DNA of 64,000 bases from Nitrospirota bacterium. GTDB taxonomy: Bacteria > Nitrospirota > Nitrospiria > Nitrospirales > Nitrospiraceae. The DNA is taken from the NCBI GenBank assembly GCA_963703955.1, contig CAVPGK010000001.1, positions 1 through 64,000 of the forward strand, written 5' to 3'. How positions within the stretch are numbered: position 1 is the first letter of the stretch; each line of letters starts with the position of its first letter. Below, piece by piece: positions 1 through 10,648 of this stretch. Below the pieces are notes generated by a model. The model saw only the letters and a list, made by a program, of their open reading frames with translations. It was not told the origin of the DNA and made no database searches. The position numbers and the translations under genes were made by a program.

Positions 1-535
1 ACCCCGCCGGGGCCGCATCGAGGAAGACGATGCCCTGCCCCTGTCCGCTGTCGACCGGCTTGAGGACGAGCCGTCGGGCCGCCGCCTGCTCCCGGGCCAG
101 CCACTCCCGCGCGCTCGACGGGGGTCGCACTCCGTCCAGATAGTGCACCGTCCCGCGATCGAGGAGCGCATGGACCGCCGGGCAGCGGAAGCCGTGCAGC
201 GCCATCACGCGCGCGAAGGCGAGCTTGTTGCCGATGATGGCGTTGAAGGTGCCATTCACCCGGTCGATCCTGAAGTGGACCGCGACGTCTGACAGGTACA
301 GCGCCGGCACGTGGGCGTCGAGGTCGTAGACGATGTACGACCTGGCGCCGAAGCCGCTCCGCCAGGCCCGCAAGCGCTTGGCGAGTGGCAGGGGCACGCC
401 CGGCCGCAGCTCTTCGCCCAGGATCCGCGCCGTCCGCGACAGCCAGCTCATCGTCGCCTTGATGCGCGGTGTGCGCCGACGAACGGGGGCGATGCGGTAG
501 TCGGCGAACGACCGGCCGCTCATGACTGCCGACAT
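1..535 (-). CDS. ATP-grasp fold protein (sugar-transfer-associated type), 3' end runs off the window
   Basis: Open minus frame from ATG 535 to the edge, hand-translated: ...IIGNKLAFARVMALHGFRCP...RLVLKPVDSGQGQGIVFL, matching the ATP-grasp (D/N)K...KP..G..G.G pattern. Confidence 0.6.
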   Translation of the reverse strand, partial: MSAVMSGRSFADYRIAPVRRRTPRIKATMSWLSRTARILGEELRPGVPLPLAKRLRAWRSGFGARSYIVYDLDAHVPALYLSDVAVHFRIDRVNGTFNAIIGNKLAFARVMALHGFRCPAVHALLDRGTVHYLDGVRPPSSAREWLAREQAAARRLVLKPVDSGQGQGIVFLDAAPAG

Positions 536-721
536 GGTACGCCAGCGAGACGCGCGGTGGGCCGTCGTTTCGGCGCTCCGTTCGCACTACCTTCCGGCCT
601 GGGGAATATTCCGAGCAAGGAACCACACCCCAGGCCCCTCGACGCGGCTCCGACGAGCGGACTCACGATGGCGCCGGGCTTAGCGGTCCGTGCTCCTGCC
701 ACCGCGCCGCAAGCCGCAGTC

Positions 722-931
722 ATTAAAGGCTGGCACGACCTCATCGGCGAGCTCACCCATGCCGATGCCATCTGCGATCGCCTCATCCATACCGCGTACG
801 TCATCGAGCTCCAGGGACCCTCGCTGCGAGAAACGCGCGCCCGGGCGCAGCAGAGCGGCCCCAGCGGAGGCGTGCCGGAGCCCCCAACGTCGGACGTGTC
901 CAAGGCCGCCGGCCCTCGAAAACGGTCATGA
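722..931 (+). pseudogene. istB: IS21-family IstB helper ATPase, C-terminal fragment only
   Basis: IKGWHDLIGELTHADAICDRLIHTAYVIELQGPSLRE matches the IstB C-terminus (W...IGD...ADAILDRL.H....L.G.S.R); no upstream Walker A or istA. Confidence 0.75.
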
Positions 932-1228
932 GCGGGCCGCGAGCGCGCCTCCCACCGACGCCACTGCGTGCGCCCCTCCCCTTGCCGTCCACCCCCAACC
1001 TCCGCGCGCTGGACCGTCGCTGGAGCCGCAGGCACACTTTTCTGAATGCAGCCACAGCACGCACGCGCCCTCGGCGGAGGCGGACAAAGCGAGGGTGAGG
1101 CCGAGGAGCGAGATCATCGCCGTGGAGGCGGGGGCAGGACATCGCGGGCCGGCGAGGCCGGCCGTTCGAGCCCGCGATGAATCAGCCTACCGGGATGGGC
1201 CGTTCACCCCTTAAACGGCCCGTTGCCA
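722..1228 (+). mobile_element. IS21-family remnant with probable right end
   Basis: istB fragment followed by repeated GGCCGTT/AACGGCC motifs (1159-1224) ending in ...CCCGTTGCCA at 1228; IS21 ends are TG...CA with multiple subterminal repeats. Confidence 0.55.
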
Positions 1229-1286
1229 TCATATTGCCATCGCAGTGGCCGGAAGAGGGCTATTCGTGGCCGTTAGCCGGCCCGGG

Positions 1287-2032
1287 TCAGTGCGAGAGCC
1301 GGCGCCTGATCTCGGCGCCGTCTCCGTGCCCATCGAGGGCGCCGAGAAGCTCGGTAAATGCGCGGAGGATAAGGTCTGGACGGGCAGAGGCGGGCTCCGG
1401 CAACCCCTGCCCCTGGCATCGACCCACACCCCGCGTAGCCCTAGCCGCTGGGGCGCGGTCACGTCCCATTCGAGGTTGTCGCCGACCATCCAGGCCTCGG
1501 ACGGACGGGATCCGAGGGCGTCGAGGACGTGCCGGTACACGGACTCGTCCGGCTTGCCCACGCCGAACTCCCCTTCGATCAAGATCACGTCGAAGAACCG
1601 GGCGAGATCGTATTGCTCGACCTTCCGGCGCTGCTGCGTCCGGTCACCATTGGTCACGAGAGCGAGCGAGAGGCCGCGCCTCCGGAGCCGGTCCAGCGTC
1701 TCCAGCACGCCCGGGAAGAGCGCCATGCGTCGCCAGCGCCGCGCGGCGTAGTCGTCGGCGATGTCCCGACCCAGCGCATCCGGCGCTCCGACGTCCGTGA
1801 GCGCCCGCTCCGCGATCTTTCGCCAGGCGCCGAGCATGTCGATGCGCTCGCGCGCATGCCGCCCCGGATTGCTCCAGAACCAGCGCCGCGCCTCGAGAAC
1901 GGCGGAGAAGAGCGACGCCGCGTCGACGCCAGCGGGACCGGCCACGGCGGAGCACGCCTCGCGCCAGGATTCGTCCACGCCGCCCGTGTAGTCGAGCAGC
2001 GTGTCGTCGAGATCGACCAGCAGGGTCTTCAC
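1287..2032 (-). CDS. HAD-superfamily hydrolase (YjjG-like), frameshift near 1410
   Basis: DLDDT motif I, VTNG motif II, KP and MVGDNLEWD motifs; the natural C-terminus GLPEPASARPDLILRAFTEL lies in the neighbouring frame (ORF 1287-1469). Confidence 0.85.
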
Positions 2033-2041
2033 GGCCCGGTC

Positions 2042-2119
2042 GGCGTCGACGGCGAGGCTCTCATCTGGCCTCGGCTTCCTGGCGTCGGCGGCGAGGCTCT
2101 CATCCGGCTGCGGCTTCCT
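2042..2119. repeat. 39-bp tandem duplication spanning the nuclease stop codon
   Basis: ggcgtcgacggcgaggctctcatctggcctcggcttcct (2042-2080) followed by ggcgtcggcggcgaggctctcatccggctgcggcttcct (2081-2119). Confidence 0.85.
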
Positions 2120-3053
2120 GAGGCGTGGCGCTCTCGGCGAAGGGGGGAAGCTCGGGGCGGCACAGTCCGCGGAAGTTGCACCACCGACAGATCCTGAGAT
2201 CCTCGGTCTTCTCGAAGTCCCCCTCCTCCGCGCGGTTTCGCTCGGGGTCCTTCAAGTAGGCCTTCATGGACCTCACGGACAACCGGATATGCTGTCTCAC
2301 GCGCTCCAGGCTGGCCTCGTCCCAGGGATGACTCGCGACCGTTCCCTCGCGAAGGTTCACTTCGAGCAGATCCACGCGGGGCAGATCGACCCGCAGCACC
2401 TCGAGAGCGTACAGGGCGTAGCCGCCGAGCTGGAGGGAGGCGCCGTCGCCATTGCCACCCGTCTTCCAGTCGATGAGCTGCAGGCGATCCTGCTGGTTCC
2501 AGTAGCCGAAGTCGGGCGCCGTGAAGACCGTGGTCCCCTCCCAGGGGAAGGAGCCGATGTCCTCGAGCAGGATGAAGCGATCCGTGGACACGCGCTTGAT
2601 GTCCGCCAGGAGCGGCAGCCGGTGGAAATTCCGGAGACAGCGGATGACGTGATCCCGGAGGGCCTGCCACTCGCTACCGCGCACCGGGACGCCGTACTCG
2701 TGCTCGAAGAGGCCTGTCCGCTTCGGACTCTCGCGGTAGACGCGGTCGCGAGAGCCCTTCCACTCCTCGCGCATCTGGCGCACCGTGTCCTCGATGAGCG
2801 ACGCCGCCGAAAGCGCGTGCCCCGCGCGGAGCGCCAGCAGCGATCGCTCGACGGCTTCGTGGACCAGCCGCCCGGCCCACATCTGGCGGGTGCCGAGCTG
2901 CTTCAGCACGTAGCACGCCCGCGCTCGCTCGTCGGCGCTGGCGTCCCATCCGCCCCACGCCCCGTAGTAGTGGTAGAAGTACCGGCGCCGGCATTCCTGG
3001 AAGACGTTGTCGCGCGTGCGCGACCAGGAAAACTCGTTCGCGTGATCGGCCAC
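2100..3053 (-). CDS. Stand-alone PD-(D/E)XK nuclease, Cas4/AddB-like with Fe-S cysteines
   Basis: N-terminal FSWS...ECRRRYFY, APDF...IDWKTG, QLGGYALY, C-terminal CRWCNFRGLC. Confidence 0.85.
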   Translation of the reverse strand: MADHANEFSWSRTRDNVFQECRRRYFYHYYGAWGGWDASADERARACYVLKQLGTRQMWAGRLVHEAVERSLLALRAGHALSAASLIEDTVRQMREEWKGSRDRVYRESPKRTGLFEHEYGVPVRGSEWQALRDHVIRCLRNFHRLPLLADIKRVSTDRFILLEDIGSFPWEGTTVFTAPDFGYWNQQDRLQLIDWKTGGNGDGASLQLGGYALYALEVLRVDLPRVDLLEVNLREGTVASHPWDEASLERVRQHIRLSVRSMKAYLKDPERNRAEEGDFEKTEDLRICRWCNFRGLCRPELPPFAESATPQEAAAG

Positions 3054-3184
3054 CGGTAGAGCATAGCAGCAAAGCCGCCGCGCATGTCACGGTGCGACAC
3101 GGCCCTTTGCGGCTCCGAGTCGGGTGTGATAGGCTCCGCGCGTTCAGCGGTTCGACATTCCACCACGAATCAGGAGGAGAGCGC

Positions 3185-4042
3185 ATGACTCGGCCCACCA
3201 CCACGGGTTTGACGCGACGCGAGATTCTCCAGGTCGGCGGCGCCACCTTCGCCGGCTACGCCCTGGCTGCCGATACGGTCCTCGCCCAGGTCGTCAAGAC
3301 GGATACCGATGGGCTGACCGCCGGCGACGCTCAAGTCAAGATCGGCGACTACAACATGCCCGTCTACCAGGCGCGTCCGTCTTCGGGCAGCAATTTCCCG
3401 ATCATCCTCGTGCTCTCCGAGATCTGGGGCGTCCACGAATGGGTCAAGGACTGCACGCGGCGGTTCGCCAAGCAGGGCTACTGCGCGGTGGCGCCGGAGC
3501 TGTTCCAGCGCGAGGGCGGCGTCGGCCACATCCCGGACATCCAGGCCATCCTCAAGATCGTGCTCGCGGTGCCGCGCAAGCAGGTGCTCGGCGACGTCGC
3601 GGCAGCGGGCGACTGGGCGAAGAAGCAGCCCGGCGTGAAGGCCGACCGGGTCGGCGTGACCGGGCTGGTGCTGGGGCGGCTCGACCGTGTACCAGGTGGC
3701 CGCCACCAATCCGGACATCAAGGCCTCCGTCGCGTGGTACGGACCGCCCGCGCGCCCGTATCCCGACTCGCCGAACCCGGTGACGGGGTTCGACGTCGCC
3801 AAGGACATCAAGGCGCCGTTCCTCGGCCTGTACGGAGAGAAGGATCAGAACCCCTCGCCCGGCCGACGCGACCAAGTTCGGCGATCTGCTCAAGCAGACG
3901 AACAAGAACGTCGAGGTCGTGATCTACCCCGATGCCGAGCCACGGCTTCTTCGCCGACTACCGTCCCTCGTACAACGCCACCGCGGCCGCCGACGCCTGG
4001 AAGCGCTGCACCGCCTTCTTCGACAAGTGGCTCAAGGCCTGA
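3185..4042 (+). CDS. Dienelactone hydrolase family protein with Tat-like signal; about 3 frameshifts (~3665, ~3860, ~3938)
   Basis: RBS AGGAGGAG; TRREILQ twin-Arg; EIWGVHEW; G-W-C-W-G-G nucleophile motif, HGFFADYRPSY and AWKR recoverable across frames. Confidence 0.8.
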
Positions 4043-4072
4043 CGAGAACTTCGCGACAAGGAGGCCAGGGCG

Positions 4073-4264
4073 ATGCCGTTCGTGAACATCCGGATCTACG
4101 AGGGCTGGGGCAAGGAGCGGAAGGACGAGATCGCCAGGCGCGTGACGGAGGCGATCACGGACGTCACCAAGCTCCCGAAGGAGGCGGTCTGGGTCGTGGT
4201 CGAGGAGGTCGATCCCCCTGACTGGTACGTGGCCGGGAAGCCCGGGGAGCGGATGAAGAAGTGA
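4073..4264 (+). CDS. 4-oxalocrotonate tautomerase family protein
   Basis: 63 aa, catalytic Pro1 (MPFVNIRI), W.VAG C-terminal motif, RBS AGGAGG. Confidence 0.9.
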   Translation: MPFVNIRIYEGWGKERKDEIARRVTEAITDVTKLPKEAVWVVVEEVDPPDWYVAGKPGERMKK

Positions 4265-5148
4265 CCGTCTCGATCCGGGACCCGCGGTTCGCCAAGATCG
4301 TCGGGCCCGACGTGCAGTTCGAGCAGATCGCGAGCGGATGCCTGTTCACGGAGGGGCCGCTCTGGCATCCGAGCGAGCACTACCTCCTGTGGAGCGACAT
4401 GCCCGGCGATCATCTCCGGCGCTGGTCGCCGAGAGACGGCGTCAGCACGTTTCGCAAGCCTTGCAACATGTCGAACGGGCTCACCTGGGACCGGCAGGGG
4501 CGCCTCCTCGCCTGCGAGCACGCGTCGAGCCAGGTGAGCCGCACCGAGCCCGACGGCCGCCTCACGCCGATCGCCACGCACTATCAAGGCAAGCAGCTCA
4601 ACAGTCCCAACGACATCGTCTGTGCCGCCGACGGCGGCATCTACTTCTCCGATCCACCGTACGGCCGCGCGAAGTTCTACGGGGTTCCGCGGGAGCAGGA
4701 GTTGCCGTTTCAGGGCGTGTACCGTGCGGGTCACGACCCGAAGAGCCCGACGCTCCTCGTCGATGATTTCGATCGCCCCAACGGTCTCTGCTTCTCCCTG
4801 GACGGCCGTCGCCTCTTCGTGAACGACACCGCGAAGAAGCACATCCGCGTCTTCGACGTCGGGGCGAACGGCGCGCTCTCGGGCGGCCGCGTGTGGGCCG
4901 AGACGGTGGGCGAAGGCGCGGGGGCGCCCGACGGCATGAAGATCGACTCGACGGGCAACGTGTACTGCTGCGGCCCCGGAGGGATTCATGTCTTCGACCC
5001 CGAGGCCGTCTGCCTCGGTGTCATCCACGTGCCCGAGCACACCGCCAACTTCGCCTGGGGTGACGCCGACTACCGGAGTCTCTACATCACGGCGTCGACG
5101 TCGGTCTACCGCATTCGCGTGGTCGTCCCCGGCCTGCCGGCGCTCTGA
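4261..5148 (+). CDS. SMP-30/gluconolactonase/LRE family protein
   Basis: FTEGPLW, SNG, LNSPND, PNGLCFS, PDGMKID motifs. Confidence 0.9.
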   Translation: MTVSIRDPRFAKIVGPDVQFEQIASGCLFTEGPLWHPSEHYLLWSDMPGDHLRRWSPRDGVSTFRKPCNMSNGLTWDRQGRLLACEHASSQVSRTEPDGRLTPIATHYQGKQLNSPNDIVCAADGGIYFSDPPYGRAKFYGVPREQELPFQGVYRAGHDPKSPTLLVDDFDRPNGLCFSLDGRRLFVNDTAKKHIRVFDVGANGALSGGRVWAETVGEGAGAPDGMKIDSTGNVYCCGPGGIHVFDPEAVCLGVIHVPEHTANFAWGDADYRSLYITASTSVYRIRVVVPGLPAL

Positions 5149-5176
5149 GACGCTCACCGGATTCAAGGAGGAGTCC

Positions 5177-6367
5177 ATGATCATTCGAATCCTGACCGTG
5201 CTGCTCGCGCTGGTGGCGGCGGTCCCGTCCGCGGCCCTCGCCCAGAAGTCGATCAAGGTGGGCATGCCCATGCCGTTGTCGGGTCCCGCCGCCCTCTTCG
5301 GCGACCCCGCCTCGAAGGGCGCCCAGATGTTCGTGGAGGAGATCAACGCCAAGGGCGGCGTGCTCGGCCGGAAGTTCGAGCTGATCGTCCGCGACTCCAA
5401 GGCCGACGCGAACGAGGCCGTCCGCGTCGCTCGCGAGATGATCCTCAAGGACAATGTGGACTTCCTCGTGGGGACCTTGACCTCGGCCGAGGGGCCGGCG
5501 GTGTCCGTCGTCGCCAAGGAGAACAAGATCGTCTTCATCGCGCCGATCCCGAAGACCGACCAGCTCACCGCCCCCGACAAGCTCCACCCCTACGTCTTCC
5601 GGGTCGCCTCCACCACCACCATCGAGGGGCGCAGCGCGGCGGAGATCGTGGCCAAGTGGCCGGTGACGAAGGTCGCCACGGTCAGCTTCGACTACGCCTA
5701 CGGCCAGGACGTCACCAAGGCGTTCGTCGAGCACCTCAAGAAGATCAAGCCGAGCGTCGTGATCGTGGACCAGCAGTGGCCGAAGCTGGGCGAGCAGGAC
5801 TACAACCCGTTCATCAACGCCCAGATGGGGAAGAAGCCCGAGGCCGTGTTCTCCTCGATCTGGGGCGGGTTCTTCGTCACCTACTCGAAGCAGGCCAAGG
5901 CGCTCGGGTTCTTCGACGCCATCAAGTACAACTTCATCGGCGTGGGCGAGGCGGCAACGCCAGAGACCACCAAATCCATGGGCGCGGACTACCCGGTCGG
6001 GATCTGGGGCAATTCCTACGACGCCTTCTACTGGGACACCGCGTCTCCCGCGCACCGCGACTACACCGCGCGGCTGTCGAAGTTCCTCAAGGAGGAGTAC
6101 CCGTCCTCCTGGGCCATCCAGGGCTACATCGGGATGCAGTTCCTCGCCGAGGCCATCAAGAAGGCCGGCAGCACGGACGCGGACAAGGTGTCGAAGGCGC
6201 TGATCGGACTGTCGGTCGACACGCCGGTGGGCAAGCTGACGATCCGGGAGAAGGATCACCAGGCCAATCGCGGCCAGCTCTACGGCAAGACGGCGATGGA
6301 CCCGAAGTATCCGTTCGCCATCATGAAGCCGGCCGAGTACGTGGACCCCACGAGATTCATGGACTAG
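5177..6367 (+). CDS. Branched-chain amino acid-type ABC substrate-binding protein
   Basis: Signal peptide, PLSGPAA...EINAKGGVLGR, DYAYG; RBS AGGAGGAG. Confidence 0.9.
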   Translation: MIIRILTVLLALVAAVPSAALAQKSIKVGMPMPLSGPAALFGDPASKGAQMFVEEINAKGGVLGRKFELIVRDSKADANEAVRVAREMILKDNVDFLVGTLTSAEGPAVSVVAKENKIVFIAPIPKTDQLTAPDKLHPYVFRVASTTTIEGRSAAEIVAKWPVTKVATVSFDYAYGQDVTKAFVEHLKKIKPSVVIVDQQWPKLGEQDYNPFINAQMGKKPEAVFSSIWGGFFVTYSKQAKALGFFDAIKYNFIGVGEAATPETTKSMGADYPVGIWGNSYDAFYWDTASPAHRDYTARLSKFLKEEYPSSWAIQGYIGMQFLAEAIKKAGSTDADKVSKALIGLSVDTPVGKLTIREKDHQANRGQLYGKTAMDPKYPFAIMKPAEYVDPTRFMD

Positions 6368-6511
6368 ACAACTCGGAGGGGGGCTTCGCCCCCCTTCCGA
6401 TACCTCCCCCCAGGATTCGATTGCGCGGGCAAAGCCCGCGCTCGAAGCGGAACATCGGAAGGTCGGCGATCGTTCAAGGGCTTCAGCCTGATTTCTCCGA
6501 CAGGCTCCTAG
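6368..6511. repeat. Multi-hairpin intergenic repeat/MITE-like element bounded by CTAG
   Basis: Hairpins tcggaggggggc-ttc-gccccccttccga (6373-6400) and gcgcgggc-aaa-gcccgcgc (6423-6441); CTAG at 6364-6367 and 6508-6511; ends ...CCGACAGGCTCCTAG. Confidence 0.55.
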
Positions 6512-6671
6512 CGACGCGCGGCTACGGCAGCCAGCCGTCGGACCGGCGGCGCGGGACGGTGGAAGCGCGGCGGCCTCGGCATTTCACGCGGGACCCGAGG
6601 TGAGGATGATGGCTGCCGCCTTCCCTCGACCGGGTCCCGACATCCAGGTGTGATCACTCCGGCCCGACTCG

Positions 6672-7556
6672 ATGCCCGATCCCGCCTTCCTCTTCGCCCA
6701 GGCGCTCAGCGGCCTCACGGCCGCGATGTTCCTGTTCCTGATCGCCTCCGGGCTGTCCTTGATCTTCGGCGTGCTCCGGGTGCTCAACTTCGCCCACGGG
6801 TCCTTCTACATGCTGGGCGCGTACACCGCCTACCAGTTCGTGCAGTGGCTCGGGCCCGGACCGGGAACGTTCTGGATCGCCGCGCTCGGGGCCGCGCTCG
6901 CCATCGCGCTGCTCGGCGGACTCGTGGAGCGATTGCTCTTTCACCGCCTGTACGCCACGGAGGAGCTCTACCAGCTCCTGTTCACCTATGCGCTCGTCCT
7001 CATCCTGAGCGACGTCGCGAAGATCCTGTGGGGCACGCAGCAGAAGTCGGTGAGCCGACCGCGCGGCCTCACCGGTTCGGTGAACGTCTTCGGCGCCACC
7101 GTCCCCTCCTACAATCTGTTCATCCTCCTGCTGGGACCGGCGATCGCGCTCACGTTCTGGTTCGTGCTCCAGCGGACGCGCGCGGGCCGCTTCATTCGCG
7201 CGGCCGCGCTCGACCGCGAGACGCTGGGCGCGCTCGGCGTCAACGTGGACGCCCTCTACACGGGCGTCTTCGTCGTCGCCTCGTTTCTCGGAGGCCTGGG
7301 GGGCGCCCTCATCACCCCGATGCGCGCCGTGGTGCCCGGCATGGACACGGACGTGATCGTCGACGCGTTCGTCGTGGTGGTGATCGGCGGGCTCGGCTCC
7401 TTCTGGGGCACCTTCCTGGGCGCGCTGATCTACGGCCAGGTCCTCTCCTTCGGCATCCTGTTCTTCCCCCGATTCTCGATCTTCGCCATCTTCGCCCTCA
7501 TGGCGGCCGTGCTCATCCTGCGGCCCTGGGGCCTGCTCGGGCGACCGCTCCGGTGA
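6672..7556 (+). CDS. livH: LivH-like ABC permease
   Basis: GLSLIFGVLRVLNFAHG, VVIGGLGS..G motifs. Confidence 0.9.
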   Translation: MPDPAFLFAQALSGLTAAMFLFLIASGLSLIFGVLRVLNFAHGSFYMLGAYTAYQFVQWLGPGPGTFWIAALGAALAIALLGGLVERLLFHRLYATEELYQLLFTYALVLILSDVAKILWGTQQKSVSRPRGLTGSVNVFGATVPSYNLFILLLGPAIALTFWFVLQRTRAGRFIRAAALDRETLGALGVNVDALYTGVFVVASFLGGLGGALITPMRAVVPGMDTDVIVDAFVVVVIGGLGSFWGTFLGALIYGQVLSFGILFFPRFSIFAIFALMAAVLILRPWGLLGRPLR

Positions 7557-7620
7557 GCGCGAACGTTCGCGCCGAGAGCGCTGCCAAACGCCGCCGGCCA
7601 GGATGGTCCTGGGGTCACCG

Positions 7621-8593
7621 ATGATCGGTCGCGTGCCCTGGGCGCTCCTCGTGTTCCTCGCCGGCTTTTTCGTGCCGTCGCTCGGCTCGCGCTTTTACAC
7701 CTTCGTCGCGAACGACGTGCTCATCTGGGCGCTCTTCGCCACCAGCTTGAACTTGCTCGTCGGCTATACCGGCCTTGTGTCCTTCGGCCACGCGGCCTAC
7801 TTCGGGATCGGCGCCTACACCACCGGCATCCTCATGAAGAGCGTCGGGGCGTCCTTCCTCCTGGCCCTGCCGGCGGCCGGCGTCTTCTCCGGGCTCTGCG
7901 CGCTCTTCTTCGGGTTCTTCTGCGTACGGCTCACGCGCATCTACTTCGCGATGCTCACGCTGGCCTTCGCCCAGATCACCTGGGCGATCTGCTTCAAGTG
8001 GAACGAGGTCACGGGAGGCGAGCAGGGAATGCCCGAGATCCCCTACCCGGGCTTCGAATGGGTCGAGCGGGCGGCCGCCGTGCTGCCCGCGATCGGCGGG
8101 TACCGCACGTCCGACTACTACTACTTCACGTGCCTGATCGTGGTGGGCGCGTGCCTGTGGGTCTTGAGGCGCATCGTCGGGTCCCCGTTCGGGCGGATGC
8201 TGACGACGATCCGCGAAAACGCCGAGCGGGCGGAATTCATCGGGGTCAACGTCCGCCGCTACGAGCTGGCGGCATTCGTCGTCGCGGGGTCGTTCGCAGG
8301 GCTGGCGGGTGGGCTGTTCGGCATCTTCAACCGCGGCGTGTTCCCCGACTTCGCGTACTGGACCAAGTCGTCCGAGGTCCTCATCATGACGCTGCTGGGC
8401 GGCATGGGGACCTTCTACGGGCCGTCGGTGGGCGCGCTGGCGCTCATCTGCCTCAACCAGCAGATCGTCTCCTACACGCAATACTGGCCCCTGATCCTCG
8501 GGACGATCCTGGTCCTCCTGCTCTTCGTGTTCCCGGGGGGACTCGCCGGCGCGGCGGCGACCCTCTGGAGGCGTCTAGCTCGAAGGCACGCCC

Positions 8594-8601
<8 letters not shown>
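7621..8601 (+). CDS. livM: LivM-like ABC permease
   Basis: NLLVGYTGLVSFGHAAYFGIGAY, YFAMLTLAF, TGGEQG, LGGMGTFYGP. Confidence 0.9.
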
Positions 8602-9328
<727 letters not shown>

Positions 9329-9332
<4 letters not shown>

Positions 9333-9418
9333 CGGCGACGCCGATCCTGACGATCGAGGACATCCACACGTTCTACGGGCTCTCCCAGGTGCTCTTCGGC
9401 GTTTCCCTCGAGGTGGCG
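9329..9418 (+). pseudogene. livF: LivF-like ABC ATPase, first ~30 codons only, broken at the junction
   Basis: GTG overlapping the livG stop; ILTIEDIHTFYGLSQVLFGVSLEV is a typical LivF start. Confidence 0.75.
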
Positions 9419-10138
9419 GCGCAAGAGAAGGGACTTGTCGATATCCGCGTCCATAACCTCCGGGACTACACGAGGGATCGCCATCAGGTCGCGGATGATG
9501 TCCCATACGGGGGAGGCGCGGGGATGGTGATGAAGGCCGAGCCGGTGTTCCGGGCCGTGGACGCTCTGCGTGAGGCGTGCCGTGAAGACTCTGGTATGTC
9601 GGACCTTCGCATGGTACTCCCGTCGCCGCAAGGCCGTCCCTTTAGCCAGCAAATGGCTGAAGAGTTTAAAAATGACCGTCGCAGGCTGGTGTTTCTCTGC
9701 GGGCATTACGAAGGTTTCGACGAGCGCATTCGACTGGGGTTACACGCGGAAGAAGTGTCGATTGGCGACTATGTCGTCACGGGGGGAGAACTACCGGCTC
9801 TCGTGATGATCGATGCGGCTGCCCGACTGATCCCGGGCGTCCTCGGGGATCCTGACTCGGCCCGGCAGGACTCCTTTGCGGACACCCTATTAGACTATCC
9901 GCACTATACGCGACCTCCGGAGGTACGGGGACTCTCAGTCCCGGACGTGCTGCTGTCTGGAAACCACGAGGCGATTAGACAGTGGCGCCGGAAGGAAGCA
10001 TTCCGTAGCACCTACCTGAAGCGTCCCGATCTCTTGCGGGATCGGCTCCTGAACGACGAGGATAGACGGTTGTTGGATGAGGTTGTTCGTGAACTGAAAG
10101 GGCAGACGTCCGTGTTGTGCGGGGAGGAGGGGTACTGA
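9419..10138 (+). CDS. trmD: tRNA (guanine37-N1)-methyltransferase lacking its first ~24 residues
   Basis: [52 protein letters not shown]. Confidence 0.95.
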   Translation, partial: AQEKGLVDIRVHNLRDYTRDRHQVADDVPYGGGAGMVMKAEPVFRAVDALREACREDSGMSDLRMVLPSPQGRPFSQQMAEEFKNDRRRLVFLCGHYEGFDERIRLGLHAEEVSIGDYVVTGGELPALVMIDAAARLIPGVLGDPDSARQDSFADTLLDYPHYTRPPEVRGLSVPDVLLSGNHEAIRQWRRKEAFRSTYLKRPDLLRDRLLNDEDRRLLDEVVRELKGQTSVLCGEEGY

Positions 10139-10139
10139 C

Positions 10140-10571
10140 ATGAATCGGCTGGAGCGAATCCGACGATCGTTGACCAAGAAAACACCGCCGAAATTCGAGA
10201 TCGGCGACACCGTCCGGGTTCACGTCAAAGTGGTCGAGGGAGAAAAGGAACGCATTCAGGTGTACGAAGGTCTGGTGATCAGCCGCAAGGGCGGACATAA
10301 CAGCGAAACCTTCACGGTCAGAAAGGTCTCGTATGGCGTCGGGGTGGAGCGTATCTTCCCGGTTCATTCGCCGATCGTCTCGCGCGTCGATGTCGTTCGG
10401 CAGGGCAAGGTCCGTCGGGCGAAGCTGTACTATCTCCGCGAGAAGAAGGGCAAAATGGCGAAAGTCGGTGAGCGAGAGTTTTCACCCGATTTGAAGGCGC
10501 AAGGCGATTCCGCGCGCAAGGCTAAGCCGGTCGAAGCCAAGGCTGCCGAAGCGGTTCCGGCTGGGACCTGA
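10140..10571 (+). CDS. rplS: 50S ribosomal protein L19
   Basis: [36 protein letters not shown]. Confidence 0.97.
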   Translation: MNRLERIRRSLTKKTPPKFEIGDTVRVHVKVVEGEKERIQVYEGLVISRKGGHNSETFTVRKVSYGVGVERIFPVHSPIVSRVDVVRQGKVRRAKLYYLREKKGKMAKVGEREFSPDLKAQGDSARKAKPVEAKAAEAVPAGT

Positions 10572-10648
10572 CGTAGAAAAGTTGAGGCTAAGCGTGTCGT
10601 GCCCACCCTTTGACCTTCACCTGAACGTTAGCCTCTTGGAAAACGGTC

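Noticed and set aside
2100..3053. CRISPR-Cas locus implied by the Cas4-like gene
   Set aside because: No repeat-spacer array or other cas genes were seen in the window.
3185..4042. Programmed frameshifting or true pseudogenisation of the dienelactone hydrolase, HAD and livG genes
   Set aside because: The single-base indels are scattered, mostly in short G/C runs across the left segment, which better fits low-coverage long-read error.
4096..5580. Long antisense ORFs (also 5087-6259, 19676-20767, 36323-37492, 40908-42407, 42404-44083, 53904-55349)
   Set aside because: Shadow frames of well-supported genes in GC-rich DNA, with no recognisable motifs.
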